From a virus: a stretch of DNA of 64,000 nt. The translations under genes were made by a program, and so were the position numbers. The stretch lies in IMG/VR virus record IMGVR_UViG_3300045988_181613; one strand, written 5' to 3'. Below are positions 37,277 to 46,063 of this stretch, piece by piece (within the stretch, counting starts at the first letter, position 1; the number at the start of each line of letters is the position of its first letter). The notes below the pieces were generated by a model. The model saw only the letters and a list, made by a program, of their open reading frames with translations. It ran no database searches and was not told the origin of the DNA.

Positions 37277-37816
37277 TTAAGCTGTTTTTAAAATCAACTC
37301 AATTAGCTCGGCTTTCAGCTTGGCTTTCTTAATTTCTTCTGCAGGAATACCCTGTTCTGCTGCCAAAGCTTCTAATTCAGAAACTTTCATTCCTTCCAAT
37401 TCTTTCTTTAGCTGGAGATCTTCTTCAGTATTCTTCTCCTCTGCGACTTCTGGAGCCGGAGACTGAACAGAAGAAAGCTTTCTTTTTAATTCTTCTGTAT
37501 CTTTTTGATACTGAGCTTTCCAATCTTCATTATCTTTTTTCAATTCAGAGATTTGAGTATCTTTACTCTTAATAATATTTTTTAATCGAGCGATTTCTTC
37601 AATATACTCCTTGTTTACTTCACGAAGATCTCTGTCAAAATCCTTTTCCTCTTTCGTTTTCAAAGAGATTTCTTCTGCAGAAATATGAGGATAATTTACT
37701 TCACGGATTTTTTTATACAAATCTTCAGTGATTTCAGCCGTGTTTCCTTGAAATTTAATTATCGTTCCAGCAAAACTAATAGATGTATTTGCATGGACAG
37801 CACTAAATACTTTCAT
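37277..37816 (-). CDS. hypothetical head-associated protein with coiled coil and a C-terminal SAP/HeH-like motif
   Basis: 179 aa. The C-terminus is MKVSELEALAAEQGIPAEEIKKAKLKAELIELIL. Confidence 0.55.
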   Translation of the reverse strand: MKVFSAVHANTSISFAGTIIKFQGNTAEITEDLYKKIREVNYPHISAEEISLKTKEEKDFDRDLREVNKEYIEEIARLKNIIKSKDTQISELKKDNEDWKAQYQKDTEELKRKLSSVQSPAPEVAEEKNTEEDLQLKKELEGMKVSELEALAAEQGIPAEEIKKAKLKAELIELILKTA

Positions 37817-37845
37817 ATATTTCTAATTTAATTTATTAATAAAAT

Positions 37846-37874
37846 AAGGGAGAGAGATCACTCTCTTCTCCCTT
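37846..37874 (-). terminator. intrinsic terminator after the major capsid gene
   Basis: Minus strand reads AAGGGAGAAGAGA-GTGA-TCTCTCTCCCTT followed by ATTTTATT, 30 nt after the capsid stop. Confidence 0.6.
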
Positions 37875-37903
37875 ACTAACATAAACCCTTGTTTTTCTAC
37901 TTA

Positions 37904-39409
37904 TTAAAGGCCGATAGTACCAATATTCACGATACGAACGATCTTAGCAGGCTGATAAAGAACCGGACAGCCATAATTCAAAATGGCAAAACGCTTACTT
38001 GGAGAAGTAATAGCGAAATCCATTTTCATTGTATCCTGGAACTGCAGGTATTCGTTGATCTGACTGTCATTGTAATAAACAAGTGCAGAACGAGTACCAG
38101 CGATAATACGGTTACGATCACGAACTTTGCCAGCATCTGCACCATCATATCCAGAAGTCATCATACCAACAGATACTTCAAACAATGGATAATAATTAGC
38201 AGTATTACTCAAAGCAGTATTTGCTTCAGTTCTATAAATAACGAAGCAAGTTGCTTCATATGCACCACCAAGACCAGCTGTGAACTGCAAATCTACAGAT
38301 TGAGTTGTACTAACTGCTAACGCAGTGGTAGTAAGTGAAACCGGTGCAGATTCTCCATAACGGTTTTTAGCTGTAACTGCGTAACCATAGGAACCAGCGT
38401 GATTACCAAAGTTTGTTTTAACATCTGTTACAGCGGTAGCATCAGCTCCCTTAACCGGAGGCAGCGGAGCTTTTGGAGATGTAGCTTTCTTAGAAAGAGT
38501 AATAGACTTACGACGGTCAAAATATTTATCATTCTTGATATTGATTTTCCCGAACTGAGTATCAATAGTATTAACACTCTGACCCATAGTAGCACCTGTA
38601 ACAGAACCACTAAGACCAACGATCACACGTTTTGCTTCATGATAAGTCTTTACATAGTTACTGAAAACTGCCGGATTTGAAATGATGCGGTCAATTGTAC
38701 CGTTATAAACGTTAACTACTACATTGGCAGCATCTTCACACAGGGCATCACTGAGGACTTTACCCTGTGCATCAATAACAGCAGGATTTCCAAAGTAATT
38801 ATCCAATAACTGTTCTGAACTCAAACCTTCAGTAGACGTGCCATCCACTTCATTTACACCCAACATATGAAGACGGAAAATTCCATCAAATTCATCAGGT
38901 ACACATGAAGAGTCAGCTGTGATCATAACCTCATCAAGAATAGTCAACAATAGAGTTGTTTTGTTTTCAACTTCTCTTGTGTACATATTCATATCACCGG
39001 CATATTCCGCAATCAAAGCCGGATGAGTTACCTGACCAGTTACACCGGTAAAACGAGTAACGGCTGATTTACGTCTGTACTGGCTATCCGTTTCCGTCGG
39101 AGTTTCACCTTCTTGATTGAAAATACCGACATCTTCACCATATTTGAATAACTGGTTATAAGCATGAACCGTATTACGGATTTTCTGCTTCGGTATTTCA
39201 TTCATGAACACCAATTGATCCAAACGGTTGGTCAACACTTTCAGGACAGCATCCAAAGATTCAACCTTCAGACCACCACCGTTATTGATCATATTGTTAT
39301 ACTGCATACCGGTCATCAAGCCGGCTTCCATCGCTTTTAAAATCTCGGTTTGATCCATACTTTCCAGTATAGTCGAAACCTGTCCCCCTGTATAGTCGTA
39401 TAATTGCAT
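37904..39409 (-). CDS. major capsid protein
   Basis: 501-aa ORF directly after the protease and scaffold genes. It has locally higher GC and distinct codon usage, and is followed by a strong terminator. Confidence 0.8.
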   Translation of the reverse strand: MQLYDYTGGQVSTILESMDQTEILKAMEAGLMTGMQYNNMINNGGGLKVESLDAVLKVLTNRLDQLVFMNEIPKQKIRNTVHAYNQLFKYGEDVGIFNQEGETPTETDSQYRRKSAVTRFTGVTGQVTHPALIAEYAGDMNMYTREVENKTTLLLTILDEVMITADSSCVPDEFDGIFRLHMLGVNEVDGTSTEGLSSEQLLDNYFGNPAVIDAQGKVLSDALCEDAANVVVNVYNGTIDRIISNPAVFSNYVKTYHEAKRVIVGLSGSVTGATMGQSVNTIDTQFGKINIKNDKYFDRRKSITLSKKATSPKAPLPPVKGADATAVTDVKTNFGNHAGSYGYAVTAKNRYGESAPVSLTTTALAVSTTQSVDLQFTAGLGGAYEATCFVIYRTEANTALSNTANYYPLFEVSVGMMTSGYDGADAGKVRDRNRIIAGTRSALVYYNDSQINEYLQFQDTMKMDFAITSPSKRFAILNYGCPVLYQPAKIVRIVNIGTIGL

Positions 39410-39440
39410 AATCTATTTTATTTTATTTTTACGGACGAAT

Positions 39441-40127
39441 TTACTTAACAAGAGAGATGTTCTCTTTTTGATACAAATACATAGCAAGATCTTCTCCTGC
39501 AGTAATTGCATCCGAGTTCATCAAATACTCCAATGCCTGATCCTGGACTGACTTTTCAAGATCTGACCGGGTGGCAATTTTCTCAACAATTTTTCTTACC
39601 AAAGGTCGCTGAGAAATAATATTCAACTCAGTTTTACCGTTACCATCTTTTGCTAATGATTTCTCAATAACACTGGCATTGAAATTGGCTCCTTTAAATT
39701 CAGGTGCCTGTGAAGATACTTTCTTCAAAAGTTCATCCTGACTGTTCAGACGATCATTGATTCCTTTAAAGAAAGGAGTAATGGCAGCAGCCAAAGCCTG
39801 AGGAAGAGAATCGATTGACTTCATCAAATCATTGGAGAATGATTTCTCCATTTCATGTTCTTTTTCTTCATGCTCTTTTTTGTCACGCTCCAGATCTTTC
39901 TTATCCTTTTTATCTTCCTTCTCGTCCTTTTTCAGGTCGTCGATGTGCTTTTTATCATTCTCGATGTTTCTTTCTTGAAACTTTTCAGAACGATCCATTT
40001 CCGCAGTAGTTTTAGATTTTTCAATCTTTACATCCCCGGATTCGATCTGCGATTCGATCCATTCATCAGAAAACCCCGCATTTTGCAAAGATTTTACTAT
40101 TGCACTGTCTTGATATTCTACTTTCAT
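39441..40127 (-). CDS. scaffolding protein
   Basis: 228 aa, highly charged with coiled-coil character (KKDEKEDKKDKKDLERDKKEHEEKEHE). It lies between the protease and capsid genes. Confidence 0.55.
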   Translation of the reverse strand: MKVEYQDSAIVKSLQNAGFSDEWIESQIESGDVKIEKSKTTAEMDRSEKFQERNIENDKKHIDDLKKDEKEDKKDKKDLERDKKEHEEKEHEMEKSFSNDLMKSIDSLPQALAAAITPFFKGINDRLNSQDELLKKVSSQAPEFKGANFNASVIEKSLAKDGNGKTELNIISQRPLVRKIVEKIATRSDLEKSVQDQALEYLMNSDAITAGEDLAMYLYQKENISLVK

Positions 40128-40150
40128 ATTTACAAAAATTTATTTTGCTC

Positions 40151-40159
40151 TAAATATAA
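40151..40159 (-). promoter_or_regulatory. -7 promoter box variant TTATATTTA
   Basis: 23 nt upstream of the scaffold ATG at 40127. Confidence 0.4.
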
Positions 40160-40163
40160 TCCC

Positions 40164-40922
40164 TTATTTAATAGGTTCAAAATTATTTTCAATTTTTTTT
40201 ACGTAATCATCTAAAACTTGTTTAGAAATCAGTCCTTTTTGATAACTCTTATAAATCGTCCAGAAATTATCTACATCAAATCTGGATTTTTCTATAATTG
40301 AGCACTCCAGATTTTTATTGATACAAATTTTTTGATTCTCAAATTCATATTCTAATAAAATACTGGAAGCTTGTAAATCATTTGGATCAAAAACCCGGCT
40401 TTTTTGTATATCAAGATAAGTATGGTCATTTACAGGTGTAAAAGTTAAAGCAACATTTGTAATTAACGCTTTTGTAATTTTAGCCGGATTTTTAGGATCT
40501 CTCTCAAGTGCTTTTCCCTCTACGCTCATACCAGGTTTCCGTGTGGATCCAGATTCTTTCATTTCCAAGGCTTTATCCCAAAAAGCTCTTGCTTCAGGAG
40601 ATTTCTCCCAAAGTTTTCCTTTAACAAAAAACTTACCATCTTTTACATGAGCTTCGATAGGCTCACCAATCCAATATTTACTTTTATTAACTGGCGATCG
40701 AGAAGGTAAATGATCGAGGTTGAATAATCCTGATTTTAAAAACCGATCATAAATAAATCCATTGGGATCTAAAGATTCTTCTTCTGCATCTTTAGATCTA
40801 TCAGAAGCAACACCAGAGAAGATCATGTTTTTATAACGATCTGAATCTTCTTGTTTAGAACCTTTTGATTCTGCCTTTACAATATCTAATTCTGTGAATA
40901 ATTTAAAATTATCGTAAATCAT
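40164..40922 (-). CDS. prohead serine protease (HK97 / S78-like)
   Basis: 252 aa. FSGVASDRSKDAEEESLDPNGF, PGMSVEG and ITNVALTFTPVNDHTY resemble S78 motifs, and the gene precedes the scaffold gene. Confidence 0.65.
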   Translation of the reverse strand: MIYDNFKLFTELDIVKAESKGSKQEDSDRYKNMIFSGVASDRSKDAEEESLDPNGFIYDRFLKSGLFNLDHLPSRSPVNKSKYWIGEPIEAHVKDGKFFVKGKLWEKSPEARAFWDKALEMKESGSTRKPGMSVEGKALERDPKNPAKITKALITNVALTFTPVNDHTYLDIQKSRVFDPNDLQASSILLEYEFENQKICINKNLECSIIEKSRFDVDNFWTIYKSYQKGLISKQVLDDYVKKIENNFEPIK

Positions 40923-41745
40923 TTAATCCCAATTTATTTAAAAGGAGATTTATATAGAAATCTATATAATCTCGACCACGAACTAATTTCCAGTCTTTAT
41001 CATCGACTGATTTTGTCATTCCCAGCAAAAGTCCTAAAAATGCGGCATTGGTATCAGTATCTTCTCCTTTATTAACCATTTCGCAAAGATCTTCTTTTAA
41101 AGAACTTGAATTATCTTTCTTTAAAGAGAACTCTTTAACAACAGTATAAAATGTACTAATAACATCCCCTTTATTCTGAACTTCTTTAAGCTCGAATGGT
41201 TGCTGCGGTAAATCTAATAACAAATTTAGAATAATCAAACAAAAATGCGAACCAATTTCAAAACAATTTTTATTACTATGGGTTAAGCTACAAAATTCTT
41301 TATAATGTTCCTTAATAAAAGAATCACTATAATCTCCTTTTATAAGTGCGTATAAAACAGTAGGAAGTGCATGGAATAAAGCGCCATTTCCCATGGACGA
41401 TGTTTCTATCAAAGGAAAATCATTTTTAATAGCATTTGCTGTTTGATTTCCTATATCAAATAAACCATCAATGGTAAAATCTCCTTTATAATACCATTGT
41501 TTTAAATTGTTTTTAAATTGATTTACAAGATTATTATCGTGATAATATATAATAGCATTCAACCAACACAATAAAACACTTGTATCATCAGACCAGGTTC
41601 CTACTGGTTTATTATAAGTGCCATTACCTGTAAAATTAGTACAATTAAAAGTACCTTGTTTTTGAAATTCAAAAGGTACTCCTAATGCATCTCCCATTAC
41701 ATAAGCCCGGATACAGTTACTTATTTTCTTTGCTAAATTCACCAT
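40909..41745 (-). CDS. ADP-ribosylglycohydrolase (ARH / DraG family)
   Basis: 278 aa with MGDALGVPFEF, GTWSDDTS and GEDTDTNAAFLGLLLG. Confidence 0.85.
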   Translation of the reverse strand: MVNLAKKISNCIRAYVMGDALGVPFEFQKQGTFNCTNFTGNGTYNKPVGTWSDDTSVLLCWLNAIIYYHDNNLVNQFKNNLKQWYYKGDFTIDGLFDIGNQTANAIKNDFPLIETSSMGNGALFHALPTVLYALIKGDYSDSFIKEHYKEFCSLTHSNKNCFEIGSHFCLIILNLLLDLPQQPFELKEVQNKGDVISTFYTVVKEFSLKKDNSSSLKEDLCEMVNKGEDTDTNAAFLGLLLGMTKSVDDKDWKLVRGRDYIDFYINLLLNKLGLNDLR

Positions 41746-41884
41746 CTATTTTCTTTGCTAAATTATCCATCCCTTCTAATCCTTGCTCTAAAGAAATCTT
41801 ATCTGATTCCTCTTTACTTATATCTGAAGATTTTACATCACTTATATAAAATGATTCAAATCTCTTTTTATTTTCTTTTTCCAT
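41717..41884 (-). CDS. small acidic hypothetical protein (55 aa)
   Basis: Below the track cutoff. It starts MEKENKKRFESFYISDV..., its ATG lies 16 nt downstream of a promoter box, and its 3' end overlaps the ARH start inside an 18-bp direct repeat. Confidence 0.35.
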   Translation of the reverse strand: MEKENKKRFESFYISDVKSSDISKEESDKISLEQGLEGMDNLAKKIDGEFSKENK

Positions 41885-41900
41885 ATTCTTCTTTTTATTC

Positions 41901-41909
41901 TAAAGATAC
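41901..41909 (-). promoter_or_regulatory. -7 promoter box GTATCTTTA
   Basis: 16 nt upstream of the ATG at 41884. It is part of a 24-nt block identical to 56933..56956. Confidence 0.5.
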
Positions 41910-41942
41910 GAAGAAAATTTCATTCTTTTCTCTTTTTGGTTC

Positions 41943-43763
41943 CTATGATGCTTTAAGTTTTTCGAAGAGTAATTCCTTTAGTCTCTCCTTGAATTCATTC
42001 AAAGATTCACCCTCTTTTGATTCTAAAGAAATACCATATCCTTTAGATTGATATCCTGTTTCTTTATCATTCATTGTGATAAACATTTTATGATTATTAA
42101 CCATGATACCCGTTTTCTTAATTCTTTTTATTCCTTCACTCGTATTTTGATTAGATGAAGATTTTGCATTAGCTTCATCTGGAACTAACTCTACTGTCAT
42201 AGAGCTGTAACCTTTTGAAATTACTTTAACCTTAGTATGTGATTTAGTTACCCACTCAAGTTCACTTCTATTGCCAATAGGAACTATATTTTTTTCACCT
42301 TTTTTAACTAATAACGTTATTTGAATTGATCCAAAATCTTTGGTATATGAGGCGAAAGATTGCATTGGTTTCATTTCAAAAGTATCTCCTACTTTTAAAT
42401 TTCTTATTGTATGAAGAATTTCCTCCCCTTCTACTCTTCGTGACAATACAAGATTTTTTGGAACTGGTGGACTATTTTGAATAAATTCATCTACTTTCTT
42501 TTGTAATTTTTCCACTATAGCCTCAGGATTTTTACTCATTATTATATCCTTTGCAATTCGACCGTATTCATTATCCATAAAATCTCCATCTTTTAATTCA
42601 TTACCAGAAGAATCCGTTCCAAATTCTTTTCTAAAAAGTCCTATTTCAAAATCAAAATTATCCTTATCTTTCAAAGCTGTTGCAGTAAAAAGACCATAAG
42701 ATGATCCTTTATAATAGCCTAAAATTGCTCGAGTAAATTCATCTGGTTTATAGAGTTCCTGATTATATTTTTCATAACTAATACGTGCTTCTGTTGAATC
42801 TTTAGGATATTCATATTGTTCTCCTTTCCATTCTTGAAATAATTGAGGAGAACAATATGGTCGTTCACCCTTTTTTATTAAAAGATTATTCATAGCTAAA
42901 ATCCCAAGATCTATTTCTTTGATATTGATCCTACCTACATGAGCTCTTCTTTCATAATCTCCAAAAAGTCCATCTTCAATATTATCCCAAATTTCCTTAA
43001 ATTCTTCATATTTATTCTGGTAATAATTCTTTTGTTTTTCTGGTAACGATTCAATTGTTTTATTTATCTTTTCTTCTAAATCATTATCAATAGAGGTTGT
43101 TGTTTCTTTATCGGAAACTGATTCTTTATTTTCAGTTTGATCTTTCCAAGTTTCTTTTATTCTCTTTTTAAAATCACTTAAAGACTCTCCTTCTTTTGAT
43201 TCTAATTTTAAAGCTTTCATTCCCTGTGTTTTATACCCAGTTTTATTTTCATTCATTACAATGAAAACTTTATGTCCATCTAATAAAAGACCAGTCTTTT
43301 TAATTTCCTTCAAAGGTTCCTTTTTCTTCTCATCTAAATCTTTAGATAGAGAATCTTTTAAAGATTGAAGTTCTTCCTCTATTTTTCCTATTTTTTCTTT
43401 AACGTCTTCCTCTTCTTCATCCTTTCTTCCAGTTCTTTTATCAAGCTCTACTTGCGCTATATCTTTAACTTCTGGATTTTGTTTAGGATCATCGATTGCG
43501 GCTTCTAATTGTTTATCAGAAGCCTTTTCAGCAAATTCTTCTAATTGCTTTGTTCTATCCAAAGAAGGATCTTTTTCTTTTGAGGTTGAATTTGCTACTG
43601 GTTCCTGTTTCTTTTCACGTTGTTCTCCTTTTGGTCTCCAACCTGCAGGAGTTTTCACGAAAGTCCTTCCTCCCCATTGTTTTTCAGTACCTACGGGGAC
43701 TCCTTTTCGGCCCTTCATTAAATCCAATTCAAATATTAAAAGATCCTTCTTTTCCATAATCAA
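41943..43763 (-). CDS. putative ADP-ribosyltransferase-like head-cargo protein with an internally duplicated module
   Basis: 606 aa. A candidate R-S-E triad is LVLSRRV (R442/443), MQSFAS (S469-S472) and RSELEWV (E501-x-E503). A duplicated ~53-aa module occurs as IKKTGLLLDGHKVFIVMNENKTGY... and IKKTGIMVNNHKMFITMNDKETGY.... Confidence 0.4.
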   Translation of the reverse strand: MIMEKKDLLIFELDLMKGRKGVPVGTEKQWGGRTFVKTPAGWRPKGEQREKKQEPVANSTSKEKDPSLDRTKQLEEFAEKASDKQLEAAIDDPKQNPEVKDIAQVELDKRTGRKDEEEEDVKEKIGKIEEELQSLKDSLSKDLDEKKKEPLKEIKKTGLLLDGHKVFIVMNENKTGYKTQGMKALKLESKEGESLSDFKKRIKETWKDQTENKESVSDKETTTSIDNDLEEKINKTIESLPEKQKNYYQNKYEEFKEIWDNIEDGLFGDYERRAHVGRINIKEIDLGILAMNNLLIKKGERPYCSPQLFQEWKGEQYEYPKDSTEARISYEKYNQELYKPDEFTRAILGYYKGSSYGLFTATALKDKDNFDFEIGLFRKEFGTDSSGNELKDGDFMDNEYGRIAKDIIMSKNPEAIVEKLQKKVDEFIQNSPPVPKNLVLSRRVEGEEILHTIRNLKVGDTFEMKPMQSFASYTKDFGSIQITLLVKKGEKNIVPIGNRSELEWVTKSHTKVKVISKGYSSMTVELVPDEANAKSSSNQNTSEGIKRIKKTGIMVNNHKMFITMNDKETGYQSKGYGISLESKEGESLNEFKERLKELLFEKLKAS

Positions 43764-45580
43764 TGCATTTGTAAACGATATCTTGTTTGTTTCAGTGTTG
43801 CAAGAAAATCATCAATCCAAGAGATTTCTCCATTATAATCATCTTTACCTTCTAATTCCTTTCGGAACTCAATAGTTTTGTCAAAAATCATTTGACAAAT
43901 TTTAACAGGATCATCTTCTGTCACCTCATCTCCTTGAATTTCACCTTCTTTAAAACGGCCAAAACCCGATTGACCTGCCTCTGCAATCTTATCTTCAAAC
44001 TCTCCCACTTCATCAGAAAGAGAATCCAGATAAACATGTTTAGAGTTATCTTTTTCTCCCCAATGAATGTTTTTAAGTCTTGTTTTAGCACCTTCGATAA
44101 AATTTAGATAAGTATTAAAAACCTGTTTTTCCGATTTATCTGATTTCTCAATCTCCTCTTCTTTTACAAGTTCTTCTTCAAAACCTTTTTCAATGATATT
44201 TTCGACATGTTCTAATTTACCACTGTTCTTCCAATCTTCAACCAATGATTTAAAAAGAATAGCCTCATCCATATCATTAAAATTAACGTAGATTCCAAAA
44301 CCTTCTGGTAAGATAGTCTTTTCAACAGTATCTTTTTCTTGCTCTGTATCAGCTTCCTGTTCAAGGGAAACTACATTTTTTTCTTCACCATCCAGACTTT
44401 CTTTTCTTAGTCCCTCTGTATCTTCAACTGTTTCTGCCTTTTCAACATCTTTCCAACTTTCTGGAAGTTCATTTTCTAATCCAAGAGCTTTTGCTCTTTT
44501 TCTAATCCAAGCTTTTACTTCAGATTCAGGCATATCAGAAGCTCCTACTAATCGAATAGCATCTTTCAAATCTTGACTATTTCGAATAGGATATTTACCA
44601 TTCGGCATAGCTTCACCCTTTTTAGCGAGATCTTTTCTTTCTCCATGGCTAAAATAGGTTTTGTTATTCGATTTTCTGATATCTTCTTTATGTCCTAAAC
44701 AAAAAGCATTGAAAACTTTTTCAGAAATTTCTCCAGAGGTAAATGCTTTCAAAATTCTTACGCATGGATCCGGGATTTCAATACCTAATATCCTCTTGAT
44801 ATTGTCTTTCATATCAAAGATAAATTCATATTCATCAATATCTTTAGGATCGATCCACATACTTCCAATCTCTTCCTCACTATCCAGTAAAACTAAATTT
44901 GATTCTTCTGGTGATAATTCCGTTATAAAATAATGAATATCTACTTCATTATTTTTATAGACGCCGACTTCTCTTAATTCAGTGTCTAATTTTTTAAAAC
45001 CAGTTTCTTCAAACAATTCCCTGGCAGCTGCTTCAATGAAAGTTTCACCTGGATCAACATGACCACCTGGAATACACCATTGTTGTTTTGTAGGACCGTC
45101 TCCGAAAGCTCTTTGTAAAATCAAAAACTTGTGATCGGGTCGGAAAATTATTACATCCGCAAATCGTACGATACCTTCTTTTGCTTTAAAAATATCAAAA
45201 AGAGCTGTTTTAGAAATGATTCCTTTTTCACTCAACTTTTCAAAAGACCAAATCTCTCTGCATTCATTCAATACATCAATGATTTCTTCATCTTTTTCTA
45301 ATGTTTTCATCGCTTTTTCAATGCGAATTTTTTTATTACAGAGATCAGTAACTTCTTTAGTTTGCTGTCTTAAAAACACTTGAAAACGATTCATAATATC
45401 TTGACGAATAGTCAAATCAGTTTCTTCATTCAAACTATCTACCTGAGACTTTTGTAAAGCATAATCTTGTGCCAACATCTCAGATTGATATTCAATTTCA
45501 TATAAAGATTTGTATAGACTTCTATACTCCTTTATTTTTTCTGCGTGGGTTTGAATCCCGAGTAACTTTCTTATATTCAT
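43760..45580 (-). CDS. Nudix hydrolase fusion protein (central Nudix domain, C-terminal Dps/ferritin-like helix bundle)
   Basis: 606 aa. The Nudix box is GGHVDPGETFIEAAARELFEETGF. The C-terminus (LKNIHWGEKDNSKHVYLDSLSDEVGEFEDKIAEAG...ISWIDDFLATLKQTRYRL) resembles Dps. Confidence 0.8.
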   Translation of the reverse strand: MNIRKLLGIQTHAEKIKEYRSLYKSLYEIEYQSEMLAQDYALQKSQVDSLNEETDLTIRQDIMNRFQVFLRQQTKEVTDLCNKKIRIEKAMKTLEKDEEIIDVLNECREIWSFEKLSEKGIISKTALFDIFKAKEGIVRFADVIIFRPDHKFLILQRAFGDGPTKQQWCIPGGHVDPGETFIEAAARELFEETGFKKLDTELREVGVYKNNEVDIHYFITELSPEESNLVLLDSEEEIGSMWIDPKDIDEYEFIFDMKDNIKRILGIEIPDPCVRILKAFTSGEISEKVFNAFCLGHKEDIRKSNNKTYFSHGERKDLAKKGEAMPNGKYPIRNSQDLKDAIRLVGASDMPESEVKAWIRKRAKALGLENELPESWKDVEKAETVEDTEGLRKESLDGEEKNVVSLEQEADTEQEKDTVEKTILPEGFGIYVNFNDMDEAILFKSLVEDWKNSGKLEHVENIIEKGFEEELVKEEEIEKSDKSEKQVFNTYLNFIEGAKTRLKNIHWGEKDNSKHVYLDSLSDEVGEFEDKIAEAGQSGFGRFKEGEIQGDEVTEDDPVKICQMIFDKTIEFRKELEGKDDYNGEISWIDDFLATLKQTRYRLQMH

Positions 45581-45598
45581 GATAATAATATTTTGCAG

Positions 45599-45607
45599 TA
45601 AATATAC
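45599..45607 (-). promoter_or_regulatory. -7 promoter box variant GTATATTTA
   Basis: 18 nt upstream of the ATG at 45580. Confidence 0.4.
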
Positions 45608-45610
45608 GAA

Positions 45611-46063
45611 TTAATCTTTTATAAGAACATCATCAGCATAATAAGAATGATCTTTTTCTACTTCTATGGAATAAAGCCAATCTCCATAATTCTCAGAAGG
45701 TATTTCCATTATCTGAGCCACTTTTCCTTTTTGATCTTTTCTTAATTGAAGAATATCTCCAATTTTTACATCAATCACTCTCTTTAAACAACCATTAATA
45801 TAAAGAACAGAATCTCCACTTATTCTATGGATTCCATCTATTTCATATCCTTTTTCTTTTTCTTGATTTTCGGAAAAGAAATATATATCAAAAATTCCTT
45901 GGGAAAAAGTTGGGTAAAGAATTCTTTTATTAATTTGAGTGATCTGCTTGTATCTTTTTAAGTGTGTTAATACAAGGTCTCCCACTTTTAAATCCTTTAT
46001 ATATTTAGATCCTTCAAAAGTAGTTATTTCTATGTAACCAGAACAAAAAGTAGATTGTTTCAT
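45611..46063 (-). CDS. free-standing Hint (intein-like) domain protein
   Basis: 150 aa. It begins MKQSTF-C-SGYIEITT, has VGDLVLTH and KIGDILQL, and ends VEKDHSYYADDVLIKD, which is block-G-like but without a terminal HN. Its ATG overlaps the stop of the MuF gene (ATGA). Confidence 0.45.
   Translation of the reverse strand: MKQSTFCSGYIEITTFEGSKYIKDLKVGDLVLTHLKRYKQITQINKRILYPTFSQGIFDIYFFSENQEKEKGYEIDGIHRISGDSVLYINGCLKRVIDVKIGDILQLRKDQKGKVAQIMEIPSENYGDWLYSIEVEKDHSYYADDVLIKD

Noticed and set aside
37889-38320. Plus-strand ORFs antisense to large minus-strand genes (for example 37889..38320, 1942..2358, 30494..30826, 39855..40214, 335..580)
   Set aside because: They are low-complexity, lack promoter boxes, and lie entirely inside well-supported minus-strand genes. 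These are typical shadow ORFs of a low-GC genome.
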